Assembly: GCA_965277285.1 (NCBI GenBank)
Contig: OZ255721.1
Coordinates: 1,120,001 to 1,184,000 of the forward strand
Length of the DNA stretch: 64,000 nucleotides
Source of the DNA: Abditibacteriaceae bacterium
Lineage (GTDB): Bacteria; Armatimonadota; Abditibacteriia; Abditibacteriales; Abditibacteriaceae
Direction: 5' to 3'
Both the position numbers and the translations under genes were made by a program. The notes beneath the pieces are model-generated. The model worked only from the letters and a program-made list of their open reading frames with translations. It made no database searches and was not told where the DNA came from. Numbering within the stretch: the first letter of the stretch is position 1; every line of letters begins with the position of its first letter. Positions 38,512-49,168 of this stretch are shown here, in pieces.

Positions 38512-39849
38512 TCAGCTTGACATCTGCTTACGCACAATGAAAATCTTGTGCGGGCGGCGGCCTCTCATGCTTTGAACTGTCAGTGTTGCATTCGCGGTTT
38601 CCACGCGGTCGCCGACTAAAAGAGCGCGTCCCAATTGTTCGATCATAAAGCCGCCGACGCTGTCGAATTCGCCGGACGGCAAGATCAAATCCCATAATTC
38701 TTGCAGGTCGTCGGTATGTAAAAGCGCGTCGGCGATGGCGGAATGCTCGTCTAAAATCTGCAGTGGCGTCGGTTCGCGCTTGTCGTGTTCATCCGCGATG
38801 TCGCCGACCAATTCTTCCAAAATATCTTCGACCGTCAAAAGTCCCGCGATGCCGCCGTATTCGTCCATCACCAGCGCCAGGTGCGTTTTCGCGCGCTGCA
38901 TTCGCGCCAAAGCTTCGTCAATTTTTTGTCCTTCGGGAACATACAAGACTGGTCGCATCACGTCGCCGATTTGGAAATCGCGTTCGCCTTGCGCCCATTT
39001 TCTCAGAATATCTTTGACGTGCAAAACACCTGCAACGTGATCCAGATCGGCCTGGTAAATTGGCAGGCGCGAAAAACCGCTGCTTTGCAACGATTCGAGT
39101 ACTCGATGCGTGGAAGAATCGTGCGGCAGCGCGAAAATATCGGTGCGCGGCACCATAATTTCGTGAACGCGTGTGTCGCCAAAGGTGAAAATGCTTTCCA
39201 TCAGTTCGCGCCCGCTGTCTTCCAGCGTGCCCGCATCGTGCGCCGATTCGACCAGGTCGCGGATTTCCTCGCTTCGTTCCTCGTCTTCATCTTCGCGTTG
39301 CGAACTTCCCTCGCGGCGTAGCGGACGCACCTTCAAAACGCCCAAAGGTCGCAACAACGCGGCGCCAACAAACAACAAAAGCGCGACGAACGGGCGCAGC
39401 AGAAAAACCAGCAAGCGCGCTGGCGCAAACCACCACGCGCGACGCGACGATTCTTCGCGCTGGCGCGACGCCACCAACAAGCGCGGCCCCATTTGAAAAA
39501 CCGCAATCGCTGCCAATCCCAACAAAGCGCACGCTACAAATGCGGGGAAAGTTGCGCCATAATGTCGCAGCATCGCGTGCGCGCACAAAACCGCCGAGGC
39601 GAGAAAAGGCACGCTCGCCGCGATTGTCACCGTCGCAATGAAACGCTGCGCATCGTCGGTCAAACCCGACACGCCCAGCGCATCATCGTCCGCATTTCCC
39701 GTACTCGAAGCCGTTGAAGTACCCGATTTCCCGGCGTGCATTTGCAGCCATTGTTGCAGGCGCACGCGATTGGTCGCCGCCAGCGCGCCTTCGGACGCCG
39801 ACAGCAAAGCGACCAGAACCAGGCAAACGATCAGCGCGACATAAATCAT
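38512..39849 (-). CDS. Hemolysin-family / CNNM (CorB/CorC) protein
   Basis: SASEGA, IMVPRTD, FSRLPIY, DEYGGIAGLLTVEDILEELVGDI, CorC_HlyC tail. Confidence 0.9.
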   Translation of the reverse strand: MIYVALIVCLVLVALLSASEGALAATNRVRLQQWLQMHAGKSGTSTASSTGNADDDALGVSGLTDDAQRFIATVTIAASVPFLASAVLCAHAMLRHYGATFPAFVACALLGLAAIAVFQMGPRLLVASRQREESSRRAWWFAPARLLVFLLRPFVALLLFVGAALLRPLGVLKVRPLRREGSSQREDEDEERSEEIRDLVESAHDAGTLEDSGRELMESIFTFGDTRVHEIMVPRTDIFALPHDSSTHRVLESLQSSGFSRLPIYQADLDHVAGVLHVKDILRKWAQGERDFQIGDVMRPVLYVPEGQKIDEALARMQRAKTHLALVMDEYGGIAGLLTVEDILEELVGDIADEHDKREPTPLQILDEHSAIADALLHTDDLQELWDLILPSGEFDSVGGFMIEQLGRALLVGDRVETANATLTVQSMRGRRPHKIFIVRKQMSS

Positions 39850-41300
39850 AAGGATGTTGGCGCAAGCGAACGAGACAAGCGCACTTTCTCGATTTCCTGG
39901 CCATTGATTTCCACAATTTCCAATTCCATAACAAAAGTTGCAGCATCGCTTCCCGCCGCGTCGTCGCTTTCTTCCAAAATGACAAAACCGGCTGTAACGC
40001 GCGCGCCGCTCGCTGTTTCCGGTGTGTTTTCAGATAACAATTGCACCGCGAACTCGCGCAATGAAAGCGAAGAGGGCGCGGCTTCTTCGTTCAATTGCAA
40101 ATGCAGGTTTTCGTCATAAGTCTCGCGCCAGAAACGTTGCACTTCGCGCACTTTGACATCCGCGTCGCACAAAACGCTGTATCTTCGAGTACTCGATTCG
40201 GCTTCCTCTTCGCGCACCATGAGCGGCGCTTCGTCGTCGTATTCGTCCTGGATTTCGCCGACGATTTCTTCCAGCAAATCTTCCAGCGTCACGATGCCGA
40301 CCATTTCGCTTGCCTGGTTGCGCACAATCGCCATCAAAGAACGCCGACGTCGCAATTCTTCTAATACGTTTGCCACCGGCGCATCTTCCTCGACCCACAG
40401 CGGCGCGCGCATGATGTCGCGCACGCGATGTTTTGCCGATGGATTGTCTTGTGCGCCGAACAGTTCGTCGCCAAAAGGAACTAAATCTTTGGCCGCGACG
40501 ATGCCGACAATATGGCGCGCTTCGTCAATGACTGGCAGGCGCGAATGGCTTTCGCTCATCGCGATTTGCAGTGCAACGAGCAAGCTGTCGCTTTCGCAGA
40601 CGACGACCATTTCGCTTTGCGGCGTCATCACTTCGCGGACGTGGCGTTCTCGAAAATCCATAGCACCTTCGAGAAGCGCGCGTTCATCGCTTTCGATAAC
40701 GCCCGCTTCTTCGGCGGTCGCTAAAGCCGTACGCAGTTCGTGCGGCGTCACGGTGGCCATGTTGGAAGACGCCGCGCCCAGAGTTTTCGCGCCCAAACTT
40801 CCGGCGCCTTTCAAGAGCGCGATCAAAGGATTGAGGAAACGAATCGCCGCTTTGATCCAGGGCGCGCCGCGCATCGCCGTCGTTTCGGGATGGCGCGCCG
40901 CGATCAGCAACGGCAACACTTCAGCGCAAAAAACAACGCTCGCCAGCGCCACGATTTGCTCGATCCAGTTCCAACCGGCGCGCGCGGCGTGCCACACAAT
41001 GGCGCACGCTGCCGTCCACATCGTCAGCGACGTGACGGACAAAAACATCCACGCCAAGCGTTGCGGCGTTTCCAATAATTCGAGCACTTGCAACGCGCGA
41101 TTGAGCGGTGCTGACGGCGCGTTCGAGTACTCGATAGCGGTTTGAGAAGAGGACAACGAATGCGAAAGTTCGTCGTCTTCGGCGGCCATTTCAGCGGCTA
41201 AGGCGCGCAATCGCGTCCGCGAACTGGCGTTGGTCGCCACTTCGAGCGCCGTAAAAATGGCTTCGATGAGCGTGCAAAAAAGGGCGACCGCGATCCACAT
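39846..41300 (-). CDS. Second hemolysin-family / CNNM CBS-domain protein (divergent C-terminus)
   Basis: FTALEVA, VMTP, HSRLPV, GIVTLEDLLEEIVGEIQDEYD. Confidence 0.87.
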   Translation of the reverse strand: MWIAVALFCTLIEAIFTALEVATNASSRTRLRALAAEMAAEDDELSHSLSSSQTAIEYSNAPSAPLNRALQVLELLETPQRLAWMFLSVTSLTMWTAACAIVWHAARAGWNWIEQIVALASVVFCAEVLPLLIAARHPETTAMRGAPWIKAAIRFLNPLIALLKGAGSLGAKTLGAASSNMATVTPHELRTALATAEEAGVIESDERALLEGAMDFRERHVREVMTPQSEMVVVCESDSLLVALQIAMSESHSRLPVIDEARHIVGIVAAKDLVPFGDELFGAQDNPSAKHRVRDIMRAPLWVEEDAPVANVLEELRRRRSLMAIVRNQASEMVGIVTLEDLLEEIVGEIQDEYDDEAPLMVREEEAESSTRRYSVLCDADVKVREVQRFWRETYDENLHLQLNEEAAPSSLSLREFAVQLLSENTPETASGARVTAGFVILEESDDAAGSDAATFVMELEIVEINGQEIEKVRLSRSLAPTSL

Positions 41301-41331
41301 AAGTGACGAACTGGTGTTTCAACCAACAAAG

Positions 41332-41411
41332 AACCCCGAGCGTGAGCGACGGGTGTAACGTATAAGTTACATGAAGCTGTTACGCAACACCCGTCGCTTA
41401 CGCTCAGGGTT
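41332..41411. repeat. REPIN-like element, family A
   Basis: aaccccgagcgtgagcgacgggtgt...acacccgtcgcttacgctcagggtt; contains the ybeY stop codon. Confidence 0.85.
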
Positions 41412-41946
41412 TTTCATGAAAATGTAGCGACTTTCGTCGCGCTTGCAAACGCTCCACGATTTGGTCTTGCTGCTTCCACATGCGGCGGCGATCTTTGGCG
41501 TTCATGTGGTCGAAACCCAGTAAGTGCAACGCGCCATGAACGCACAAAAATTGGGTTTCCTCTTCCAGAGAATGCGCACGTTCTGCGGCCTGGCGCTGCG
41601 CGGTTTCAATTGAAATCACGATGTCGCCTAAAACCTGCGCGCCGTTTTCTGTCGCTTCGACAGGAAAGTCTTCGCCTTCATTTTGCGCGAAAGACAAAAC
41701 GTCAGTTGGCTTGTTTTTGCCGCGATAATGCGCGTTCAGTTCGTGGATTTCATCATCGTTCACCAACGACAACGCGACTTCATATCGAGTACTCGAAAGC
41801 GCTTCCTGGACAACCGCAGCGAGCGTTTCACGAATAGCGCGGCGCGCGATCGTGTTGAAAGTGCGCCGGTTCACAGCGGGACAAGCGCCTTGCGCGGTGC
41901 GGCTCCAAGTCACAGCAACGTGGATATTCTTGAGCGAAGCAATCAT
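41404..41946 (-). CDS. ybeY: rRNA maturation endoribonuclease
   Basis: LNAHYRGKNKPTDVLSF, LGDIVIS, HGALHLLGFDH. Confidence 0.95.
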   Translation of the reverse strand: MIASLKNIHVAVTWSRTAQGACPAVNRRTFNTIARRAIRETLAAVVQEALSSTRYEVALSLVNDDEIHELNAHYRGKNKPTDVLSFAQNEGEDFPVEATENGAQVLGDIVISIETAQRQAAERAHSLEEETQFLCVHGALHLLGFDHMNAKDRRRMWKQQDQIVERLQARRKSLHFHEKP

Positions 41947-44900
41947 TCTTGGGAATGGTTTCCGTTGGACGTATTTGTATTCGCGTCCTCATCGTCGTTC
42001 ACCGCAACGTTGGCTGAAGGAACAACGTTTGGCGACGAGCGCGTGTGGCTCAAGTGGGCTGCGACGGACGCCAGGCCGCTTCTGCGAAGAATGTTGCGCG
42101 TCGTTCCGCAGTTGATGTCAGAACCTGTGTCGTTTTCCGCTTTTGTGGCGCCGGAAGATTCGTTTGCAACGCGTTTAAGCGCACCATTGCGAGCGATAGC
42201 GGAAGTTTCGGCGATTGCTGTGGGACGAATGGCGGTTGCTGTGTTACCGGAAGTTCGGCGACGCGCAGGTTGATTTTGTGGATCGCGCATGGCGTGACTT
42301 GTCCAAGTCGTTTCGTTCCGCGCCGCCTCGTTTTTCCAGTCGCGCGACGGATCAGGATATTCGATGCGCTGATGCAAGGCACCGCGCAAAACATGAGCGA
42401 ACGCGCGTTCGATTGTGCTCAGGTCACGCATCGTCAGCTCGCATTCGGCCAATTCGCCGTCTTGCAAACGCTTGGCGATCATCGCTTTGATGTGCGCCTC
42501 GAGTTTTTCCGGCGTCAGATCCGGCAAGGCGCGCGAACTTGCTTCGACCGCATCGGCCAGCATCACAATGGCCGCTTCCTTGCTTTGCGGACGCGGCCCG
42601 GGATAGCGAAAAGTCGCTTCATCCACTGCTGATTCCGTTCCAGAAAGCAATCCCAACTGCGCGGTTTGTTGCGCGCGATGGAAGAAATACGACACCAAAT
42701 CCGTTCCGTGATGCTGCTCGATAATTTCGTGAATCGGGCGCGGCAAACGCAAAGCGCGCGCCAGTTCCAAACCATCTTTGACGTGCGCGATGATGAGCAG
42801 CGCCGATAATTGCGGTGTCAGGCGGTCGTGGACATTGACGCCGCTCTGGTTTTCAATGAAACAATGCGGGCGGCGCAATTTTCCAACGTCGTGATAAAGT
42901 CCACCGACGCGACACAGCAGCGGATTGGCACAGACAGCTTTGGCGGCGGCTTCGCTCAGTTGCGCGACCATCAGCGAATGCGTGTAAGTTCCAGGCGCTT
43001 CGCCTTGCATTCGTCGCATCACAGGTTCGTCGGGCGAAGATAATTCGAGCAAGCTCAAATGTGTCGTGATGCCCAACGGCCTTTCCCAGAACATGGCGAA
43101 ACCCGCCGCCAACCAGACCGCGACAGCGCTGCTTCCTGCGGCAAAAACGGCGGGCGACAACAATGCGGGCAACGGTGTTTCACGCATCGCGCCCGCGATC
43201 ATGGCCAGGGCCGCTCCTGTTATCGCCAGCACAAGCGTGGCGCGCACCAGATGAGCGCGCGTCGAAATATCGGAAACCGCCAGCACGCCAACTGCCGCGC
43301 CCAGCATAATCGCGGCGAAGGCTGTGCTGTCTTCGCGCGCGATCATGGCGCACAAAAGCGAAGTGATAATGCCGCACAACAATCCGACGCGCGCATTCAA
43401 TAAAATCGCCAGCGACATCGCGCCAAAAGCCACCAGCGGCGGCAAAAGTGCCTCGCCAAACGGCACGCGCAACAAAACGCGCGCAACCGCCACAATCAGC
43501 GGCGGCACCAAAGCCAGCAACCACAACGATGCGGGAGAACTCAAAATCGAAGGTGTTGTGCGTGCGATATAAACCGCTGCAAAACCAACGGTGATCGCGC
43601 ACAAAAGCAAACGCGCCAAAGTCGTTGTCGGATCGAAGCTCGGCGCTACTAAATCTAAATCCTGCAATTGCGACCAGCGATTGGCGTCGATAATCGTTCC
43701 GGCTTCGATGAGAACTGATCCCGCCAGCACAGTGCGATAAACCGCAGGCACGTCACCTCGCGCCTCGCGTTTGGCGCGCTCGGTTTTACGCGCGTTGACA
43801 ATCAAATTTGGCTCGTGCGCAGCAGTCACAGCGAGGGCAACCGCCAATTTTTTTTCCGGCACCGTTAAGTTCAATGCCACGTTATCATTTCGAGTCCTCA
43901 AACCGCGCGGTGGCAAAGTTGTCGGGCGCGGCGCATTGATTTGTTCTTCAATGCGCCGCGCTGCCAGCGCCAAGTCATCGTCGGCATCAGAACGAATTTG
44001 TTGAACGTGCCCGCGATAAAAATACGCGGCGCGAACGCCATTGCGCGCTTCCACTTCGATAAAGGGCCAACGCGAGGGTGCCAAATTTAGAACACCGATA
44101 GCCAACGCGACCGGCAATTTTTGCAAGCCGCGCTCGTGCAACACGTCGTTGAATTCTTGTACAGCTTGCGTGCGCACTTTTTGCAGGCGAACGGTAGCCG
44201 TTTCTCTTGTTGCGCGCAGCGAAGAACTCCCGTTTCGAGTACTCAAATGCGATGCTTCCCTTGTTGCATCCGATAAAGTTGTCGGTGCCAACGCCGTTGA
44301 TCCTGTTTGTGCTTGAAAAGCAAGCGCCTGGTGTCGCGCTGTGCGCAATAAAATACCGAGATTTATCAGCGATTTGCTTTGAGCGCTCAGGTTGGAATCA
44401 TATTCGGGTGTTACCAATGCGGCGGCTTCGTCGCGTCGCTCCAGCGTGGCTTCGCGGTCGAGAATCGTCGTGGCGCGCGGCGCGATAACATCGTGCGGCG
44501 CACGTTCGCCCAATTCCAAGTCGCTGTTGGCGCCCGGCAAGCGAATTGTCGTCGCGCCCCACAGCAACAGCGTGCAAATCGCCAGCAAAATGCCGTAATG
44601 GCGCGTCACCGATAACCAAAGTCGCGTTCGCAGCGGTGCGCGCGGCGGCACCAGAGGCGTTTCGCCCAAAATCTGCTGCGATAATAGTTCGCTCGCTTCG
44701 GCCAATGCTGCGGTATCAACCGGCGTCGCATCGTTTTCGTCGCTTCTTTTGTCGCTCGCCGCCCGATCTTCTGCTGTTTCGCTTTGAGGCGATTGGTTTT
44801 TCGCAGGTTGGTTTTCTGCCGTTTCGTGCAAAGGTTCAAAAGAAAAGGCGCGTCGTGACAGATGACCATTGGCACCATTTTTCGTCCCGTTCGAGTACTC

Positions 44901-44981
44901 GATGGGCGAATGAGGAGGCGCGGCGGCAGGTTCCACCGAGGTTTCGTCGGTCAAATCGCGTTTGGAGCGAGAATCGTCCAT
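41943..44981 (-). CDS. 7TM-HD phosphohydrolase (PgpH-like c-di-AMP phosphodiesterase)
   Basis: 7TM region, EAPGTYTHS, YHDVGK, HVKDG, QHHGT, RYPGPRP, MLADAVEA; phoH-HD-ybeY synteny. Confidence 0.88.
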   Translation of the reverse strand: MDDSRSKRDLTDETSVEPAAAPPHSPIEYSNGTKNGANGHLSRRAFSFEPLHETAENQPAKNQSPQSETAEDRAASDKRSDENDATPVDTAALAEASELLSQQILGETPLVPPRAPLRTRLWLSVTRHYGILLAICTLLLWGATTIRLPGANSDLELGERAPHDVIAPRATTILDREATLERRDEAAALVTPEYDSNLSAQSKSLINLGILLRTARHQALAFQAQTGSTALAPTTLSDATREASHLSTRNGSSSLRATRETATVRLQKVRTQAVQEFNDVLHERGLQKLPVALAIGVLNLAPSRWPFIEVEARNGVRAAYFYRGHVQQIRSDADDDLALAARRIEEQINAPRPTTLPPRGLRTRNDNVALNLTVPEKKLAVALAVTAAHEPNLIVNARKTERAKREARGDVPAVYRTVLAGSVLIEAGTIIDANRWSQLQDLDLVAPSFDPTTTLARLLLCAITVGFAAVYIARTTPSILSSPASLWLLALVPPLIVAVARVLLRVPFGEALLPPLVAFGAMSLAILLNARVGLLCGIITSLLCAMIAREDSTAFAAIMLGAAVGVLAVSDISTRAHLVRATLVLAITGAALAMIAGAMRETPLPALLSPAVFAAGSSAVAVWLAAGFAMFWERPLGITTHLSLLELSSPDEPVMRRMQGEAPGTYTHSLMVAQLSEAAAKAVCANPLLCRVGGLYHDVGKLRRPHCFIENQSGVNVHDRLTPQLSALLIIAHVKDGLELARALRLPRPIHEIIEQHHGTDLVSYFFHRAQQTAQLGLLSGTESAVDEATFRYPGPRPQSKEAAIVMLADAVEASSRALPDLTPEKLEAHIKAMIAKRLQDGELAECELTMRDLSTIERAFAHVLRGALHQRIEYPDPSRDWKNEAARNETTWTSHAMRDPQNQPARRRTSGNTATAIRPTAIAETSAIARNGALKRVANESSGATKAENDTGSDINCGTTRNILRRSGLASVAAHLSHTRSSPNVVPSANVAVNDDEDANTNTSNGNHSQE

Positions 44982-44989
44982 GAGAAGGA

Positions 44990-45064
44990 AAATGAAAGGA
45001 TGAGGGATGAAGGATAAAATTGAGTACTCGAAACCTCAACTTCGTCCCTCATCTTTCATCCTTT
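44990..45064. repeat. Purine/pyrimidine heptamer-like inverted repeat
   Basis: atgaaaggatgagggatgaagga...cttcgtccctcatctttcatcctttc with a palindrome variant between the arms. Confidence 0.6.
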
Positions 45065-45065
45065 C

Positions 45066-46046
45066 TTAAGTGCGTCCTGTGGCTTCGCTGTTTTCATACG
45101 CTTCGATGATGCGCTGCACAATGTCGTGGCGCACGACATCGGTTTTGTCCAGCGTGGCGAACTCGATGCCGCGCACGCCGGGCAGAATACGAGCCGCTAC
45201 GCGCAAACCCGATTCCTGACCGGCGGGCAAATCGGTTTGCGTCAGGTCGCCGGTCACGATCATTTTCGAGCCGAAGCCCAGACGCGTCAAAAACATTTTC
45301 ATTTGCGCCGGTGTCGTGTTCTGCGCTTCATCCAAGATAATGAACGATTCGCTTAGCGTGCGACCGCGCATATACGCCAAGGGCGCGATTTCAATCGCCC
45401 GTCGCTCCATCAATTTGCCGACTTTTTCGCTGTCCAGCATTTCAAACAACGCGTCATAAAGCGGTCGCAAATACGGATCGACTTTGGCTTCCAGGTCGCC
45501 AGGCAAAAACCCCAGATTTTCGCCGGCTTCGACAATCGGACGCGTCAAAACGATGCGTTGCACCTGCTTGTTTTTGAACGCCGCGACCGCTGCCGCAACC
45601 GCGAGATAAGTTTTTCCGGTTCCCGCCGGGCCGATGGCGAAGGTCAAATCGCCTTTGCGCAAGGCTTCGACGTAGGCTTTTTGTCCGGCTGTGCGCGGCC
45701 CGATGCTTTTGCCTTTTTCCGACACCAGAAGCGTATCGGAAAGCATTTTTCCCGCGTCGGAAACGACTTCGCCGTTTTTCGAGCGGCCTATCAAATAGCG
45801 CACATCGGAAGGCGCGAAAGGTCGCCCACCTTTCAAGCTGCTTTTGGCGACGCCCAGCAATTGCTCGATCAAACCGGCGGCTTTTTCCGCGTCGGCGATT
45901 TCGCCCTGCACCACCAAATCATCGCCGCGCAAGACGATTTTAATCGGCAATTCGCGCTCGATGAGGCGGCGCGTTTCGTCCTGGTTGCCCAGCAAAAGTC
46001 GCAACGCTTCAGGATTGGGAGAATGAACTGTAATTTCGGAAGACAT
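45066..46046 (-). CDS. phoH: PhoH-like ATPase
   Basis: GPAGTGKTYLA, LGFLPGDL, LAYMRGRTL, DEAQN; start MSSEIT. Confidence 0.94.
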   Translation of the reverse strand: MSSEITVHSPNPEALRLLLGNQDETRRLIERELPIKIVLRGDDLVVQGEIADAEKAAGLIEQLLGVAKSSLKGGRPFAPSDVRYLIGRSKNGEVVSDAGKMLSDTLLVSEKGKSIGPRTAGQKAYVEALRKGDLTFAIGPAGTGKTYLAVAAAVAAFKNKQVQRIVLTRPIVEAGENLGFLPGDLEAKVDPYLRPLYDALFEMLDSEKVGKLMERRAIEIAPLAYMRGRTLSESFIILDEAQNTTPAQMKMFLTRLGFGSKMIVTGDLTQTDLPAGQESGLRVAARILPGVRGIEFATLDKTDVVRHDIVQRIIEAYENSEATGRT

Positions 46047-46084
46047 AGAAGGAATCGAGTACTCGATAGTTGGTGAAAGCGCGA

Positions 46085-46167
46085 AAGAACCCTGAGCGTA
46101 AGCAACGGGTGAAATTGGCAGCGACACGACACTAATACTTCACCCGTCGCTTACGCTCAGGGTTCTT
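46085..46167. repeat. REPIN-like element, family A
   Basis: aagaaccctgagcgtaagcaacgggtgaaa...tttcacccgtcgcttacgctcagggttctt. Confidence 0.88.
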
Positions 46168-46627
46168 AAGCCAGCAGCCGTTTCACGACTTCGTTGACGC
46201 GCTTGCCGTCGGCGCGACCTTGAACGCGCGGCATCAAGTTTTTCATCAGGACGCCCATCTCTTTGGGAGTTTTGGCGCCGCTTTCATCAATCGCCACTTT
46301 GACCAGCGATTCGAGTTCTGCATCAGAAAGTTGCTGCGGCAAAAATTCTTGAAGAATTGCCAGTTCGTCGCGCTCTTTTTGCGCCAGATCGTCGCGGTTC
46401 GCTTTGGTGTATTCGTCAATCGAATCGCGGCGCTTTTTCGCTTCGCGCTCAATGACGGCTTGCGATTGCGCATCGTCAAACACGACATCGCCGTCGCCAG
46501 TACGCGCATCAATTTCGGCGCGCTTGATGGCGGCGCGCAGGCCGGACAAAGTATCGCGGCGCAACGCATCTTTGTTGCGCATCGCGGTTTTCCATTCTTC
46601 GTTGAGTTGTTGTTGAAGGTTGAGCAT
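46166..46627 (-). CDS. yqeY: GatB/YqeY domain protein
   Basis: KTAMRNKD, KKRRDSI, FLPQQLS, GRADGK. Confidence 0.9.
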   Translation of the reverse strand: MLNLQQQLNEEWKTAMRNKDALRRDTLSGLRAAIKRAEIDARTGDGDVVFDDAQSQAVIEREAKKRRDSIDEYTKANRDDLAQKERDELAILQEFLPQQLSDAELESLVKVAIDESGAKTPKEMGVLMKNLMPRVQGRADGKRVNEVVKRLLA

Positions 46628-46650
46628 CACGGAGGAAATTATAACCAAAT

Positions 46651-46752
46651 AATGAATGCGGAATGCGGAATGCGGAATGCGGAATCTGAACGACGTTTCG
46701 AGTACTCGATAACACCGCGCAACGATTGAAGCGCATTCATCATTCATCATTC
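46651..46752. repeat. Heptamer tandem repeats (AATGCGG)n and (CATTCAT)n in inverted arrangement
   Basis: aatgcggaatgcggaatgcggaatgcggaat ... cattcatcattcatcattc; palindrome at 46698 between them. Confidence 0.8.
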
Positions 46753-46756
46753 CCGT

Positions 46757-47086
46757 TCAACCTGGCGGCCATTCAAGCGTTCGTCCGCCCAGCACATGAA
46801 GATGCAAATGCGCCACGCTTTGCCCACCGTCGCTGCCGATGTTGGTCACAATGCGAAAACCGTTGGGACAACGTTCTTGTCCCAACTTCGCCGCGACTTG
46901 CATCAAATGTCCGAGCGTTTGTGTATCGGAAGTTGTCGCGTCCAGCGTCGCGGTTTTGGGAATAACGAGAAAATGCGTCGGCGCTTGCGGCGCGATGTCG
47001 TTAAACGCCAGACAAACATCGTCTTCAAAAATGATGTCGGCGGCAATCTCGCGGCGTATGATTTTGGAGAAAATGGTTTCGTTCAT
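46757..47086 (-). CDS. Histidine triad (HIT) nucleotide-binding protein
   Basis: [36 protein letters not shown]. Confidence 0.95.
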   Translation of the reverse strand: MNETIFSKIIRREIAADIIFEDDVCLAFNDIAPQAPTHFLVIPKTATLDATTSDTQTLGHLMQVAAKLGQERCPNGFRIVTNIGSDGGQSVAHLHLHVLGGRTLEWPPG

Positions 47087-49168
47087 TGTGCTTTCAGATA
47101 ATCCAGAAGTAGCTTAGGAGAAGTGAAATGTCTGGCGCGCACACCGACGTTTGGTTTGTAAATCAACGTACATCCGTTTTTGCTTTGTGGTTTAGGCGTA
47201 CCGTCGTTGCCAAGAACAAACTCGCCCTCAACAATCAACGCTACGCGAATTTTAATCGGAAGTCCGTCAACATCAGAGATGCCCAGCATTTTGTTGCGAA
47301 TTGCATCGTTCAGCAAATGCGCGCCTTTCGGGTCAATTGCCCACAGACATTTTGGCGCCCATAACAAAAAGTCGGGGTAAAAGTTGGTCGTGCCTTCGCC
47401 GATTTCGGGGATCGGAATCCCATAACCTGTTCTCGATGGATTGCGGCACCACTCCATTCCTAAAGTATCGAGTGCTTTGGCAACCTCAACTTCAAACGGA
47501 TTCATGCCGTTGTATTCCCAATGCAGAGCATTATCGTAACGGCGCACTTTGTAACGTTCGCGTTTCAGGGAATCGGCAGTTTGCAAATCGGGCGAAACCA
47601 AATTAAACGGCTTCACTGCATAAATCTGATCGGGTTCATACTCGAAGCGCAGTTCGTCGTTGAGACTTTTGAAGATTTGCGTCAAGTTGCGATTGATCGT
47701 TTCCATTGCATTGGAGCCGAATTGCATCTTTTGTCTTAGCTTTGGGTCTGATTTGACGGAATGCGTAAAACAAGTGCTGTTCTTTTTGGCAATGCGCGAA
47801 TCGCGTGCAGAAAAGCAGTCAATAAGATAATCCCAAACGCGAATCTCGGCGTTATCTTCACGCTGTTCTTCCTTCTGCAAGCTGCCGTCTTCCATATTGC
47901 GGCGTAAATCGAGTACTCGCGTTGAGACTTTGCCCGGAGCACGCAGCTCCTTTGCAGCAAAAAGCGGCACATTATCCAAAAGAATCTTATCGAGAACATC
48001 CAAATCTTCGCCGAACGATTCCGCGACTTTGGCGATTTCAACAGGACGTTTGAGCGGCGACTCACGCGAAGTCTTCGCGCGCGGTGCATTTCCAGCAAGC
48101 GCAATAACTTCATAACCTTCATTTTCCAAGTCGCGCTGAGTATTTTCTATGACAGCAGCGAAATCCTCATCAGGAACATTGAAATAGAAGTACGCCGAAT
48201 TCAAGTCGCCGTCTTCAAAAGGCGTCGCATCAGGTTGTCGCAAGAAGCGCCCGATTTTCTGCGAAATATCCGTAAGCGATTTTCCTGTTCCATCTAAATA
48301 AGCGACGTAAGCCCACGGCTCATCCCAACCTTCGCGCAGAGATAAGTTCCAAATGAGATGCGTATAACCTTCGCGTCGCAAATCATCAGGAGTTTTCCCC
48401 GACTTGTGCGTGTCAATCATCAAGCCCCACGGCGCGGTTGGATTTACGCCCGCCAGATTTTTATCTACGTTGGCCAAGTGAACTGCGACGCGGCGTGGAT
48501 CAACTTTCAAATCTTGCGTCAGCGTTTCCCAAACTTCCAAACCTGCAAGTGTCGAATTGACGATGCAACAAATAATCGGCAAGTTGCCTATCGCTTTGAG
48601 CTTTTGGCTGAGGTCAAACCACTTGTCGTTGGCTTCTTTCAAAGCATCGTGCCGCGTGGTATTGCAATCCACCAAGTACAAACGCGTTTTCAAAAGACCT
48701 TCTTTTACGACTTCAGGCGTAGGAACAATAACGGTTTGAAGTTCAAGCGCGTCTGACTTTTCTTCACCTGTCTGACCAGGCAACAAGTGCGACAAATCTT
48801 CGGGCAATTTCGACGCGGAAGACAAAACAAAAGCGCGCGGATTGAGTTCGGTCAAGCGTGCAAATTGCGCTTTGGTGCCGCCGTGCGCTTCATCATAGAA
48901 AACGTAGAGCGGACGCTGACGCGCTTCTGGCCCATTACCCGCCAGCATTTCCCAATAAGTTGTATCGCCGCGCGGCTTGTGAACATTGAGTTCGTCTCCA
49001 TCGCGGTTGAACAGCGCAACCGTTGACAGAATAATTGTCAGGCCACTTTGTGCGTTGACGACATCGCTCCAATCGGAATCTGTGAAATCGGACAATTCGA
49101 GCACTCGAACGTCTTCGGGCAAAAGCTGCGCATAACGTCCGCCGCTGCTCAAGTTGCTCGCAGTCTGA

